A program made the translations under genes and the position numbers. A stretch of 63,981 nt of DNA, filler included, from Chiloscyllium plagiosum (lineage: Eukaryota), in the NCBI RefSeq assembly GCF_004010195.1. It is 4 parts of one record of this genome, joined end to end, with 100 filler letters (N's around TTAATTAATTAA, not from the genome) between each part and the next. Parts side by side here need not be neighbours in the genome. Positions count along the whole stretch, not along the records: positions 37,142 to 60,194 come from NC_057711.1; 3 more parts are not named here. One strand, written 5' to 3'. This document shows, in pieces, positions 38,080-50,811 of the stretch. Numbering within the stretch: position 1 is the first letter of the stretch; the number at the start of each line of letters is the position of its first letter. The notes beneath the pieces are model-generated. The model searched no databases, had not been told where the DNA came from, and was given only the letters and a program-made list of their open reading frames with translations.

Positions 38080-38590
38080 TATACTATAGTAGCAAAGAAA
38101 TTATGCACCACAGAAGGGAAAACATTCGCCCCATCTTGTCCATGTCAACCCAGATGCCCTTTCTAATTCCCATCTTCCAGCACACGGCCCATAGACCTGC
38201 AGCTTACAGCAGGTGCAGATCCAGGCACACTTTAAAACAAAGTTAAAAATCACACAACACCGGTTATAGTCCAACAGGTTTGATTGGAAGTTCACTTGTT
38301 GGACTATAACCTGGTGTTGTGTGATTTTTAACTTTGTACACCCCAGTCCAACACCGGCATCTCCAAATCATCACTTTAAAACAGTTTACAGTGTCTGCCT
38401 CCACCACCAACTCAGGCAGCGAATTCTAGACACTCACCCCCCTCTGCATAAAAAAGGCTTTTTCTCATGTCCTCTCTAATCCTTCTGCCACTTCACTCAA
38501 CTCAATCTGCATTGGTTTGTGAACTCTCTGCCAAGGGAAACATGTCCCTCCTATCTACTCTATCTCTATCCCTTACAATTTTCTCTACCC
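38080..38590 (-). mobile_element. CR1 LINE 3' fragment hosting a mini-PLE
   Basis: tctgcctccaccacc..caggcagcgaattctagacactcacc is the reverse complement of the CR1 RVVxxWNxLP region. Confidence 0.8.
38240..38371 (+). mobile_element. Palindromic mini-PLE (family 2), hammerhead absent
   Basis: aaagttaaaaatcacacaacacc-ggttatagtccaaca inverted against tgttggactataacctggtgttgtgtgatttttaacttt; 12-bp TSD CACTTTAAAACA at 38228-38239 and 38372-38383. Confidence 0.9.
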
Positions 38591-39200
38591 CAATCTTGTA
38601 ATTGTACCTGTCCATCCTTCTGACAATGAAATAATCCATGGGAAAGCAGTGCTTACTTCAAAGATACAAACAGCATGTCTTCTCTCTGGGCTATATATGG
38701 AATGTGGTGTTGGTAATGAGGAGATCATACTCTACATAAGTCTTCGACAGAAAGTCATTGTCATTCCTGTAATAAACTCCATTTCTCCTTTGAACTCCAA
38801 TCCAGGTTTGGTTATCTAGTGCTGCAATCACTGATGATGATGAGATTATCTGATCTTGACACTGCAGCAATCAAAGAATCGAGTTTTGATTCATCTTTCA
38901 CCTCTTCTGGATTTATCATTGTAGCTGCATAAGCACTGACAATGGGGGCATAATTTTTCCAAATCAGGGAAGTCACAAAATCATGAGTCACTCAGCAGCA
39001 CTTTTTCGGGGGTTGGCTGGTCTGGGGCTTAGGTTGAGCTGGACAGTAAATCCTTCCCCTGCTTCAAGATGCTTCTCACAACTGCAACCACAACCAAAGG
39101 AAAAACAATTTATAATTGTAGTCTGTAATTTGCCTTTCATCAGACAGACAAGTCATGCCAGTTAATGTTGCTGTGTAGATGTTGCATGGATGTTATATGT
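38590..39200 (-). mobile_element. RTE LINE AP-endonuclease domain, decayed
   Basis: IVSAYAATMINPEEVKDE..LDSLIAAVSRSDNLIIISD, DLLITNT, MDYFIVRRMDR. Confidence 0.85.
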
Positions 39201-39609
39201 TCATTCTGGTGTGTCTGTTCAAGCATAGTCCATGAACAATCCCAGGTCCTATTTGCCTGTAACAAGCAATGTTACATTTGTCATCTTTACATGGAATCCC
39301 CATCAGCAATGGTAAACTGACCAGGGAGTGGGCAGCATTAGAACACATTTAGTCATCCTTTCTGACACTGTGGAGGTGAACAATGCAAACCTGAAGAAGC
39401 AGCTCAGTCTCTCAGGAGAGGGTAAGAGACAGTAGTACATGGCCATCTCAACCCAGTGAGAGATGACCTTACAGCCAGAGTAAGCTGTATACAAGCCATC
39501 AACGACAGCTCTGACCATTTCCTCACCTGTTGCTTCCTGCAGACCACAGGACGTAAAGACTGTGTCATGATGAGTCATGGGTGATTCCATGAGCTATGAG
39601 TAAAGTAGA

Positions 39610-40140
39610 TGATCATAGAATTGTTACAGTGTAGAAAAAAGCCATGTAAATGAGTATCATGGCTTTGTGCAACGGCCCTGCCTTTTCCCATTATGCTGCA
39701 CAATGCTTATATCCAAATAATCATTCAATATGCTCATGAATGGCTCCAGTGAACTTGCCTCCACCACACCTCCAGCTTTTTCCCACATTGCATTTACTTC
39801 TTTTTTTAAAATCACTTTATGTTTTTGTCTTATCCTTGATCCTTTCACGAGTGGGAACAGTTTCTTGTTATCTCCTCTGTTCAGATCCTTCATGATTTTG
39901 AAAACTTCAATAACATCTCTTCTTAGCCTTCTTCTCTTCCCAATCTCTCCATTATATCTTCATAAACAAAGTTGCTTATTGCTGGAACCATCAGTGTCAC
40001 CCTCTTCTGCATTCTCCCTAATGCATTCGCATTCATCCTATAGTGTGGTGCCCAGAACTGCACTCAATGGTCCATCTGATGTCTAACTAATGTCTTTTAT
40101 AGATTTAGTATAGTGTCCCTGCACTTGAATTCTATGGCCC
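39610..40140 (-). mobile_element. Old CR1 3' fragment
   Basis: MKDLNRGDNKKLFPLVKGSRIR; reverse complement of CSSGHH/QFWAP region. Confidence 0.8.
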
Positions 40141-40147
40141 TATCAGG

Positions 40148-40362
40148 TTAAAGTAAAGTCACCACTGTCCAAGAGAACTATACAGCTGCTTTCTCATTAG
40201 AGAACAAGAAGACTGGTGGTGTGTTTAACCTGACAGTCACCATGTGTCAGGCAAGGGGCGAGCTTGAGAAGGTGGATCGTCATAGTGCCTTAGCCAGACC
40301 GGGAACTGAACATGCACCACTGACATCCCTCTGCACCAACCATCCAGCCGTCTGAGATACCT
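40148..40362 (-). mobile_element. tRNA-derived SINE (third family)
   Basis: (aagta)n tail and tttaacctga..tcaccatgtgtcaggcaagggg core, also at 47440-47580. Confidence 0.65.
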
Positions 40363-40399
40363 TATAGTGAGGGACAGTTGCATTGCCTGGCAATGGCAA

Positions 40400-41080
40400 C
40401 AGTGAATCTAACCATTTTCTCTTGGAGTGCATCAGTGAATCCCCCCAGTATCAGCATCCGAGGTATTACCTTTGACCAGAAATGGAATTGGACCAGCAAT
40501 ATAAATGATATGACTAGAACAGCAGGCCAGTGCCTGGGAATGCTGAGTTGAATAATTCAGCTCCTTACTATTCAGAGTCTGTCATCTGTCTACAAGGTAC
40601 AAGTCAGGAGTGTGACAAAATACTTCTCACTTGCCTGGATGAGTGCAGCTCCAATAACACTCAAGAAGCTAGAAACCATCGAGGACAAAGCAGTCCACTA
40701 GACTGGCAGCCCAACCACAACTTTCTCCCTTTACTGACACATTCTATTCATCGTGTGCACCATCCACAATGTGCAGTGCGAAACAAAAACAATGCTCCTT
40801 CAACAACATCTTGCAAAACTCCATCACATGGAAGGACAACGTTAGCAGATGAATGGGACACCATCACCTGTATGTTCCCCTTCAAGTCACACATCATCCA
40901 GATTTAGAAAATTATCACCCTTCTTTCACTTTCTCTGGATCAAATTCCTAGAACTCCTTTCCAAACAATACCATAAACAAATATACCATGTGGATTGCAG
41001 CACTTTATGTTTATTAGAGATGGACAAGAAATGTTAGATTTGCCAGTGATACTTATATTCCATGAAACAGTCAAAAAAAT
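40400..41080 (+). mobile_element. Second LINE family 3' fragment
   Basis: YKVQVRSVTKYFSLAWMSAAPITLKKLETIEDKA. Confidence 0.85.
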
Positions 41081-41186
41081 CTCACTCTTTCCTTTCTAGG
41101 CATTCCTGAGTCCAGTACGGGGACAAGATCGGACAGCTAGAGATTATTCTGGAAATACCTTTGAGTGCCTGGCCACACTCCTAATG

Positions 41187-41393
41187 GAGACAGTGAAGTC
41201 TACAAATGCTGGAGATCAGAGTTGAGAGTGTGTTGCTGGAAAAGCACAGCAGGTCAGGCAGCATCCGAAGAGCAAGAGAATCGACGTTTCGGGCCAGAGC
41301 CTTACTGATGAAGGGCTATGGATGGAACGTCGGACTTTCCTGCTACTTGGATGCTGCCTGACCTGCTGTGCTTTTCCAGCAACACACTTTCAC
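41187..41393 (-). mobile_element. Palindromic mini-PLE (family 1)
   Basis: Tail, then tgtgttgctggaaaagcacagcaggtcaggcagcatcc inverted around CTGATGAAGGGC; degenerate TSD acactcctaatg/acactcttagtg. Confidence 0.85.
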
Positions 41394-41554
41394 TACACTC
41401 TTAGTGCCCCATAATGTTTTGGTTTGATACCATTACGACCATGAATTTTTAAACTGAACCCGCCATCCCCTGATACTGAATAAGTCTTCATGTGCACGAC
41501 AGGCAAATCATAACTCATCAACAGGAAGACAAATTATAGGTTCAATGGGATTAT

Positions 41555-42130
41555 AGAACCCCTGACTGAGGTGTAGAAGATTGTGAGGGGTATGCAAAAT
41601 GTCTCCACAGAGGTTTGTCTCCCCATCACCAAGTCACCCTTTATTTACATGTGGAGAGTCCTTGGCACTGCTCTAGCTCCCTCAAAGTCAGCTCTCAGAA
41701 CATCTGACACTCCTGTTTGTAGCTGTCAGCCAGGGCTCCCTGATTGGGCCAGATTAACAGCCTAATCAAAGAACTCATATTCTATGAGCTCCACTTGATT
41801 GACTTTGTTACAGTGTGAGTGCATAGAGAGCATCTGTTCCCCTTGGTTGAGGGCTCAATCACGAGGGCACATAGTAAGGGGCAGGAGAGGATTTGGGAAA
41901 AAATGTTTTCACTCAGCGAGTGGTGGGAATTTGGAATGCATTGCTAGGGAAGGTTATGGAGGCTGGAAATCTTACAACTTTTAAATAATGTTTGGATGAG
42001 CACTTCAAATGTCATAAAATTCAAGATTATGGGCCAACTGTGGGAAATTGGGATTAGAGCGCCTTTAGTGGTAGTTATGTCAGTGCAGACACAATGGGCC
42101 AAAGGGCCTTTTCTGCAATGTGTGAATCTA
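41555..42130 (+). mobile_element. CR1 3' fragment containing a solo LTR
   Basis: DLxEVxKIVRG before the LTR; FTQRVVGIWNAL after it. Confidence 0.8.
41595..41812 (-). mobile_element. Short solo LTR (about 220 bp)
   Basis: Minus strand starts TGTAAC and contains CCAATC and AATAAA; near-TSD GTATG/GTGTG; interrupts the CR1 frame. Confidence 0.7.
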
Positions 42131-42367
42131 TAAAACTACATTGTGAAAGGAAACCATTTGGCTCATTGAGTCTAACCTTTCTGGTTTTACTCACTTCCAG
42201 TTAATTAGTAAACAAATATTTGGAACCACAGATGACAGCTGTGAAATACTGAGGAGCAACAAAACAGTGAGATCCACCCTATTGATCTGATGGAGGCATA
42301 GCTGAAAGTATTTCAAGTACAGAGTATTATTGATTACTAAATTGTGAGGGTAAGATCAGAAAACAAT

Positions 42368-42467
42368 GAACAAATCAGTAACTGCTGAAAATCTCAGCAG
42401 GTCTGGCAGCATCTGAGGAGAGAAAGCAGAGTTAATGTACCGGGTCCAGTCTCCCTCCTTCAGAACA
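42368..42467 (-). mobile_element. PLE pLTR fragment (family 3)
   Basis: Reverse complement ttCTGAAGGag...gatgctgccagacctgctgag; 10-bp TSD AGAAAACAAT at 42358-42367 and 42468-42477. Confidence 0.75.
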
Positions 42468-42649
42468 AGAAAACAATACTGCTTCTGGATGAAAAGAAAG
42501 ATCCCACAGCACTTTTTCAAAGAAGAAATGGAGATTCTCTCCAATATCCTAGGTAATACTGAATCCCTCAATTAAAATTCCAAGAACAAATTATCTCATT
42601 ATTGCCATCATGGTGCTTATGGATAACTGCTATGCACAAATTGATTTGG

Positions 42650-43665
42650 AATATCAACACGGATACCACTATTACGCGTGGGGACACCTCCCACCATGTA
42701 CGTGCGGTACACATGCGACTCAGCCAACATTGTCTACCTCATACGTTGCAGGCAGGGATGCCCTGAGACATGATACATTGGCGAGACCAAGCATAGGCTA
42801 TGGCAACGGATGAATGGACACCTCAGAAAAATCAATAGACAGGAGTGTTCCCTCCCAGTTGAAGAACACTTCAGCTGTCTGGGACATTCGACCTCGGACC
42901 TTTGGGTGACCATCCTCCAAGGCGGACTTTGGGACAGGCAACAACGAAAATTGGCCAAGCAGAGGCTGATAGTCAAGTTCGGTACCCATGGGTATGGCCT
43001 CAATCGGGGCCTTGGGTTCATGTCACACTACAGGTGACCCCATTGCACTATATACACACAGGTAAACAAAGACAGACAGACACACACACTCACAGACTTA
43101 AACCCCTTTACACTCACACACATAACACAGCCTCTCACAGACATTCATAAACACCCCAGCCCCCATACACACACACTCACATGCACACATACACATATAA
43201 GTTTGTGGGGTGAATTTGTACTTGCAGAATTATATTTTACTTTGCTCAAAAACTGAATTAATCCATGGAAGATTCTGTAAATCATTTTTTTAGATTAGAA
43301 TCAATCTGACCATTGTGGCACAGACAACCTCACAGGGAGCTAACACCTTCAATACCTTATCTGGGGCGACATGACACCAATTGTTAAAGTTCACTTGAGA
43401 ATGTAACTTATAAAAAAAGTTTTGCAATTTACATATGAAAGAACTGAACCAACATGGTCATTCTAAAAGATGAGAGACATAAGAAACAATCAAGGTATTT
43501 TTCAATATATAATTTCAGTTACATCACACTGTAAAGTTTTGCTATAAATTCTGTGTCTTACGATCTTATACTCCACAATGACCTGATGAAAGAGCAGCGC
43601 TCCGAAAGCTAGTGCTTCCAATTAAACCTGTTGGACTATAACCTGGTGTTGTGTGATTTTTAACA
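42650..43665 (+). mobile_element. Penelope-like element 3' part (family 2): GIY-YIG endonuclease plus pLTR
   Basis: One frame from 42720: SANIVYLIRCRQGCPET*YIGETKHRLWQRMNGH...LPVEEHF...EQ-like RLIVKFGT..GLNR; hammerhead motif at about 43580-43614. Confidence 0.95.
43580..43614 (+). ncRNA. Minimal hammerhead ribozyme motif (family 2)
   Basis: CTGATGA 43583-43589, GAGC-agc-GCTC stem II, GAAAG-CTA-GTG; one mismatch each in stems I and II. Confidence 0.72.
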
Positions 43666-44974
43666 ATACACAAGTTGGTTGCTATATATCCTACATCACA
43701 ACAGTAACTATTCTTTAAAAAGTTCTTCATTGACTGTGAAGTGTTTTCTACCATCCTCTGGAGATAGAAGGATGAGAAATTACAAATTTCTTTTTCTTTC
43801 TTACTCATTTTAGGACTGATATGGCTTTTATCTTCACAGAAAAGCTTTTGGCTTGAATCAACACTATAAAACACCCACAATAGCGAGTCAGACTATTCAA
43901 TCAAATTAAATTATATTCCAAGGGGTGGTAATGTGCTTTCCTTAAACAATTCATTTTTAAAAATAATATGGGATATTTGAGACCCTTCTGATAATTTACA
44001 TTAGTGCTGGGATTTCTCTCACAAGGGCTCCTCCTGCACCACTGTATCTGCAGGAAAAGCAGTGGAATCACATCTGAGCTTCTATATATGAAAGGCACTA
44101 TACAAATGTGAAATGCAGTGACATTATGGTGGAACAAAGGAACCAACTATAAAGTGAATGATTTAAGCTGAGTTGAATTACTTTACTCATCACAATTGCC
44201 TTGTGATCTTGGGCTAAAATCCTATTTTATTAAATTAAGCAGGAGCACCAGCTCAAGCAGATCTAGACAGATCGTTCAATATATCCTGCAGGTTTGGTTC
44301 TTTGATCTGAATCCAAGGACAAACATTAATATTTAGCCTGCTGCTCACTGTGATTCCTTTAGCAATCAGGTCCAAAAGAAAGCTTCAAACTCGTGTTTCA
44401 AACTTCACTTCCACTGAATGTAAATTAGACAGGAAAACCGAATTCTGTTGTCTTTGTGTTAACAAGATGGCCATACTTCAACCACTGCACTCCAAATATT
44501 TCTGCCAGTAATGTGTTTAATCTATTGTTGCCTCCAAAGTGATGAAGCAATCAGGACAATATTCAGTGGAGCAGAATCTTCATTTCCTGCTAATGAATCG
44601 TTTCTACTTCATTGGTTTCCCTTGCAATTTGTCCCAGAGCAGAGGAGCAAAACATCTGCGAGAGACTCGTGTGGCTACCAGATGGGACTGCAGCAGATGT
44701 GGATCTTCTTTACCCACTTAACAAAATGATTCTCAGAAGTCAACGCACCCTTTAACTACTGCTGTGAAGCATCTGCGTAACTAGAACTCAGTCACCTCTC
44801 AATGCTCATTCGGATCACAAAAATCAGCAAAAGGAAGAGAAAAGGTAAAATGAAATATAAAAATGTTAGCAATAATGATAGGTCAATCAACTGAAATAGA
44901 AACAAGATCCAAGTTTTAAAAAGATATGGAAGTTACAACATGGTATCAGTACACATTGCTCACCAAGGAAATGC

Positions 44975-45175
44975 TGATTTGATTTTGATATGATTTGATT
45001 TGATTTATTATTGTCACATGTGCCTAGGTACAGTGAAAAGTTTGGTTTGTGTGCAGTACAGGCAGATCATACCGTACAAAGATAAAGGCTGATAGAACAG
45101 AGCGAGGAATAGAAAGTTACAGCTGCAAAGGAGGTGCAGAAAAAGCAAGATCAAAATTAGATTTAAAATTTATTG
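44975..45175 (-). mobile_element. Rex1/Babar-type 3' tail fragment
   Basis: (gattt)n, then tttattattgtcacatgtgcctaggtacagtgaaaag, reverse complement of 58620-58750. Confidence 0.7.
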
Positions 45176-46224
45176 GTATTTACCTTTCAGACAGACAAAT
45201 AATTTTAATCACATTTACCTACGCTGTCGTGCCTCCTTTCAACCTATTTTCTTTCAACTTACCTTAATGGTTCACGTACCTGAATCTTGGACCCTGGAAG
45301 TGAATACCACAGCCTCATGTATGACCATTTCTTTTTCCAACTGTTCTAACACAGTTAATATTGCCTCTCCCTTTGAACCTCATCCTCTTCAAAGCAGAAA
45401 TATCCTTCCAAAATGTGTGGAGATGTGACACCGCCTTCAGTCCACTACCCGAGTCTTAATTTTTTTAAAAATTGCTCCTCATGCAGTCTTTTGAAATAAA
45501 ACCAAAGCCACAATAATCACCTCAGTAGTGTTGGCTATTTCAACACAATGAGTGTTAGGTTTAGGTGAAAAATAGGTACATCACACTGCTCCCAAACACT
45601 TGCAGCATGGCTCAAGTCAATCTCCATGTTGTTCTGGGTGCTTGCACAAGTGTAATGTATGCATGCTCTAAGTACCCAGCCACAATGGATCCTGACCAAT
45701 CAGTGTTGAGCACTGACTTGACCCCTAGCCAGGATTTTTCAATCACTGCTTCAGGTATTGTTCATTAATGTCTGTTGGATCTTGCTCAGTTTATGGAGTT
45801 GTAAGTGCGTAGAAGATTTCAGAGAGGTTATTAAATTTTAAGAAAGCATTGTTTGTTATTGCAAGGTCATCATGTGCTCCAAAGTTGTCCTTCCCCTCAA
45901 GCTGCAGTATGACAGCTCATTAATGATGAAGCACAGGAGGACAATTTACTCCCAGAAGGAGGAGCTGAAGTTTTTTAGGAGGGGATAAGGTTTTGGAGAC
46001 TGAGTGATTGGAAATGGAGAATTATGATGAATGGATGTTTTATGAGCTGGAGGAAGGTTTGTAATGGAGTTCCATTGGGTTAGTATTGGGACCCTTGCTT
46101 TTCCTTATATATGATCAAGATTCTGATGTGCTGGGGACAATTTCAAAGTCTTCAGATGACACTAAACCTGAAGAATTGTAAATTGTGAGGGGGACACTGC
46201 AGCTCCAAAAGGACATTGACAAGT

Positions 46225-46600
46225 TTTTTGTTATTCGTTCACAGGCTGTGGGCATCACTGACAGCATTTATTGCCCAGTCCTAATTTTGCCCAGAAGGCA
46301 GTTAAGAGTCAACCACATTGCTGTGGGTTTGGTATCACATGTAGGCCAGACCAGGTAAGGATGGCAGTTTCCTTCCCTAAAGGATATTAGTGAACCAAAG
46401 GGGTTTTCCAACAATTGACCGTGGATTCATGGTCATCGCCAGACCCCCTAATTCCAGAATTATTTCTCATTTGATTCAAATTCTACCACTTGCCATGTCA
46501 GGATTTGAACCTAGGTTCCCGGAACGTTATCTGGATCTCTGGATTAGCAGTCCACTGACAATCCAACCATGCCATTGGGCAAATAGTTGACAGATGAGGT
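46225..46600 (-). mobile_element. tRNA-derived SINE (second family) inserted in an old CR1 (45995-47440)
   Basis: B-box reverse complement GGATTTGAACC at 46501; 3' tail similar to that of the second LINE family (cagcatttattgccc). Confidence 0.82.
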
Positions 46601-46689
46601 TAATTGCAGAAAAGTGCAAGGTGATGTACTTTAATTAGAAGAACAAAATTCTAAAGGAGGTGCAGGAGCAGTAAGACTTGGATGTGTAT

Positions 46690-47315
46690 AGAATTATAGA
46701 CTTGTACAGCACAGAAACAGACCCTTCAGTTCAAATTGTCCTTGCCGACCAGATGTCTTAAATTAATCTCGTCCCATTTGCCAGTATTTGGCTCATATCC
46801 CTCCAATCCCTCCCCATTCATATACTCATCCAAATTCTTTTTAAATATTATAATTGTACCAACCTCCACTACTTCCTCTGGCAGCTCATTCCATTTGCAC
46901 ACCACCCTCTGTGGGAAAAAGTTGCCCACTTGGTCCCTTTTAAATCCTTCCCCTTTCACCTTGAACTTATGTACTCCGGTTTTTGGCTCCGCTACCCTGG
47001 GGAAAAGACTTGGCTATTTATCCTATCCATGCTCCTCATAATTTTAGACACCTCTATAAAGTCATCCCACACCTTTGATGCTCCAGAAAAAATAATTCCA
47101 GTCTTTTCAGCCTCTCTCTGTAGCTCAAACTCTCCGACACTGGCAACCTCCTTGTAAATCTTTTCTGCACCCTTTCAAATTTAACAACATCTTTCCAATA
47201 GCATGGAGACCAGAACTGAACAAAGTATTCCAAAAGTAGCCAAACCAATGTCCTGTACAGCCATAACATTACCTTCCAACTCCTATACTCAATGCACTGA
47301 CTAATAAAGGCAGTA
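46690..47315 (-). mobile_element. CR1 LINE 3' fragment
   Basis: LYRTLVWLLLEYFVQFWSP; FFPQRVVCKWNELPEEVV. Confidence 0.93.
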
Positions 47316-49564
47316 GGAAATATGTGCACAGATAAGTGGCAGGACAGGAGGAGAGAGCAGCGAAAAAAGAATCAGTATTCTTTAGCTTTTTTAATAGACT
47401 TAAAGAGTATAAGAGCATGGAGGTGATGTTGACCTTGTAAAGGTAAAGTTACCACAGTCATACTAGACCATGTGGCTGGTCTTTTAGTAGAGAGAGAAAG
47501 AGGGACAACTGATGGTTTTTTAACCTGAGAATCACCATGTGTCAGGCAAGGGGAGAGGCCATGATGGTAACCTCTTCTGATTGGTATGAATAGATGAAGA
47601 GGTGTGTATCAGCTCCCCTCTTCACAACTTCCTTGGTGGTTGTCCACAACACAGATCTATTTCCTATTTAGCACCCAGTTTTACTTCAATATGATTAAAA
47701 TATAGTTAACTAGTACACCAGAAACAATCTCGAGCGATCTGAGTTTGCAATTTAAAAATTTAATTTACTGTCTTCGAAAGGGGGGATACAGTTGGAGAAT
47801 AAGATGTCTCCTTTTAAAAACTGAAATGAAGATAATTTCTTTTTCGACCATCATTAGTCTCAGGAATCCTGTTTCTAATGCCTCCCGTTCATTGAGTTCA
47901 AGTTTTTCAACTTTGGCTGCAGTGATGGTGGTGCCTGTAGTGAGGACTCTGGCTGTGGGTAGGCCTGGGGCATGGACTCAGAGGGTCTTCATCTGCGACA
48001 GTGGCTGTGGCGGCAGGTCACTGCAGCAGATGTGGTGCCCGGAGCAGACACTCCTGGCTGTAGTATGACGGAAGCATAGTTGTCATTGCTGTACCCAGAG
48101 AGGGTATTCCTTAAGGCCTGTCAGAGGCTTTGCGAAAGCCCTGGAGCTGGGTTTGAAAAGTCTCCTCGTACAGAAGATGAACTTTATTTATCTAATTTCA
48201 TTTCATTCTTTCTGTAACCGTAAATGTTGCCGCATTGTGGTGACAAACACTTTTCACTGTATCTTTACAGATATATGTGGCAATAAATACCTCATATCAT
48301 GCATTGCAAACTTGGCTCAGAATCTAATAATTTCTCATTTGTTTCAATTCCACCGAACTTACAATTCTCTATTCTAGTGCTAATTGTCTATCCAGTACTT
48401 TGTGCAGCATGGTACTCTCTGCTGATATCCTCTACTGCTTCCCACACTCCTGCCAATTCAGTGTAAACCCTTCCCAGCAGCAGCAGCAAAAATGCTCAAA
48501 CTGGAACTCAGTCCCAGCTCTGTGCAGGTGCCACAAACTTTGCTCCTGCTGCCTTCTCTGAGGAACCATTTCCATAGAATCATAGAGTCGTACAGCACAG
48601 AAACAGATCTTTCGGTCCAACTCGTTCTTGCCAGCCAGGAATCCCAAAGTACAGAACATCCAGTTCAAAATAGGTAACTAACTACAATTGTTCCATAGTG
48701 GATAATTTGTATATCTCTGCTTAAGTCACTAGCTCTTGAACTTCAGTAGTAATTTTCAGTCAGATGTTGAATGTGAACAAATTTAACATTTTGGAAATAG
48801 ATTGATTCCGTCAACAAATCAAACTCCCAGCATTTCTTCCAAATGGTAATTCATGTTGCAGATATCTTTGATTCTTCAGTGTTCTGTTTCTCGCCAGTTT
48901 ATATTATCATTGACTGCTTTATTGTGTGAGAAGCTGAGACAGAAAGTTTCGCCAGTTTGTTTCCAGTTAGAAATCCATTACCTCTGTTTATGACAAAAGC
49001 TGTTGTTTGAAATATTTGTTATTTTGAGTCATAGAGTCATAGAGCTGTACAGCATGGAAACAGACCCTTCAGTCCAACTCATCCAAGCCAACCAGATATC
49101 CTAACCTAGTCCTATTGGCCAGCAATCGGCCCATATCCCTCTAAACCCTTCCTAATAATATGTCCATCTTGATGTCTTTAAATGTTGTAATATTACCAGC
49201 GTCCACCACTTCCCCTGCAGCTCATTTCATACATGCAATAGCCTCTGTATGAAAAAGTTGCCCCTTAGGTCCATTTCAAATAGCTCCCCTCTTACCTTAA
49301 ACTCCATTACAGCCTGATGATAACAACTTAACTATTCACCTTATCCATGCCTCTGATGATCTCATAAGTCTCTATAAGCTCACCCCACATTCTCTGATGC
49401 CCCAGGGAAAATAGCCCCAGCCTATTCAACCTTTACCTATAGCTCAAACCTCCAATCTTGGCAACATCCGTCTTATAGCAGGGAGGCCAGAATTACATGC
49501 AGTATTCTAAAAATGGCCTAACCAATGCCCTGGACAGCTGCAACATGACCTCCCAACTTCTATA

Positions 49565-49775
49565 GGAGAAAGTGAGGTCTGCAGATGCTGGAGATCAGAG
49601 CTGAAAATGTGTTGCTGGAAAAGTGCAGCAGGTCAGGCAGCATCCAGGAAACAGGAGAATGACGTTTTGGGCATAAGCCTTTCTTCCTGAAGAAGGGCCT
49701 ATGCCTGAAACATCAATTCTCCTGTTCCCTGGATGCTGCCTGACCTGCTGCGCTTTTCCAGCAACACATTTTCAG
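49565..49775 (-). mobile_element. Palindromic mini-PLE (family 1)
   Basis: 15-bp TSD CTCCCAACTTCTATA at 49550-49564 and 49776-49790; inverted arms around ttcttc|CTGAAGAAGGGC. Confidence 0.92.
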
Positions 49776-49830
49776 CTCCCAACTTCTATACTCAATGTAC
49801 TGACCAATAAAGGCAAGTACACCAAAAGCC

Positions 49831-50141
49831 TTAGACTCCCTACAATGTGGAAACAGGCCATTTGGCCCAACAAGTCCACATTGATCCTCCAAGGTGTAAC
49901 CCACTCAGACTCATTCCCCTACTGCTCTACATTTACCACTAACCTACACATCTCTGAACACTATGGGTAATTTAACATAGCAATCCACCTGGCCTGCACA
50001 TCTTTGAATTGTGGGAGGAAACCCATGTAGACACAGGGAGAATGTACAAATGGCACACAGACAGTTGACCGGGGCTGGAATCGAACCCGGATTCCTGGCA
50101 TTGTGAGGCAGTAGCGCTAACCACTGAGCCACCATGCTGCC
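49831..50141 (-). mobile_element. HE1-type V-SINE, full length
   Basis: A box TGGCTCAGTGG and B box GGTTCGATTCC on minus. Confidence 0.92.
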
Positions 50142-50811
50142 TTCTTCACTACCTTGTCTATCTAGTTTGAGGCACTATGAACCTGCACCGCAAGGTCTCT
50201 TTGTCTGGCAACACTTCCAGTACCTTACCATTAAGTGTATAAGTCCTGGCCTGATTTGCTGACCAAAATGTAGCACCTCACAGTTGTGTATTCCTGTGTC
50301 TGGGTTTATTGTCTCCAAACTGAATAATTATAGGTCATTTTTTTCTTGAATCTCCAACAACTGAAGTTCTCATTAAGGTGTAAATCAATCAGGAGATACA
50401 GCCTTTTTGATCCCGAGGTTCTAGCAGTCCCTTTCGATAAAGATGCTACTTTTGTGTTTTTCCTGAAGCTCGGCATTTCCACTTCTCAAATGATTTTTTT
50501 TTGAGACCTTTGTATTAAAATGAGATCTTGTAAGTTGGAAATTGATCATCCATTTATCATGGCCAGATAAATATCCAGTCTCAATGGACACTGTCTCTGC
50601 TGAATAAGGATTATCCCCTGGAGTAGTGGCTCCTGATTCCCATAAAGATGAATTAAAACACAGCCTTCTCTTAAAACACACCCATTCAAACACCATGGGC
50701 ATCTTGAAGATGTGCTTCACTTCCACGAGTAAGCCAGCTAAGTTGTCTCAGAATGTGATTGACTGCAGTATTTTGCACAACCCAACAATACTGTGAATAA
50801 TAAAATGAAAC

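Larger units (their letters stand above)
42480..43800 (+). mobile_element. Deu-domain SINE (SacSINE1/AmnSINE-like) split by a Penelope insertion
   Basis: aaagatcccacagcacttttt-caaagaaga...tgcacaaattg (42490-42643) continues as ggttgct...cctacatcacaacagtaact...ttcattgactgtgaagtg (43670-43800). Confidence 0.65.
49025..50285 (-). mobile_element. CR1 3' part with nested mini-PLE and HE1
   Basis: (gagtcata)n tail and CR1 sequence collinear with 10650-11300. Confidence 0.92.
48720..50790 (+). mobile_element. Decayed Harbinger transposase, interrupted by CR1
   Basis: VADIF..CSVSR near 48850-48895; WLLIP, NTMGILKMCF and PAKLSQNVIDCSILHN at 50625-50782. Confidence 0.55.
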
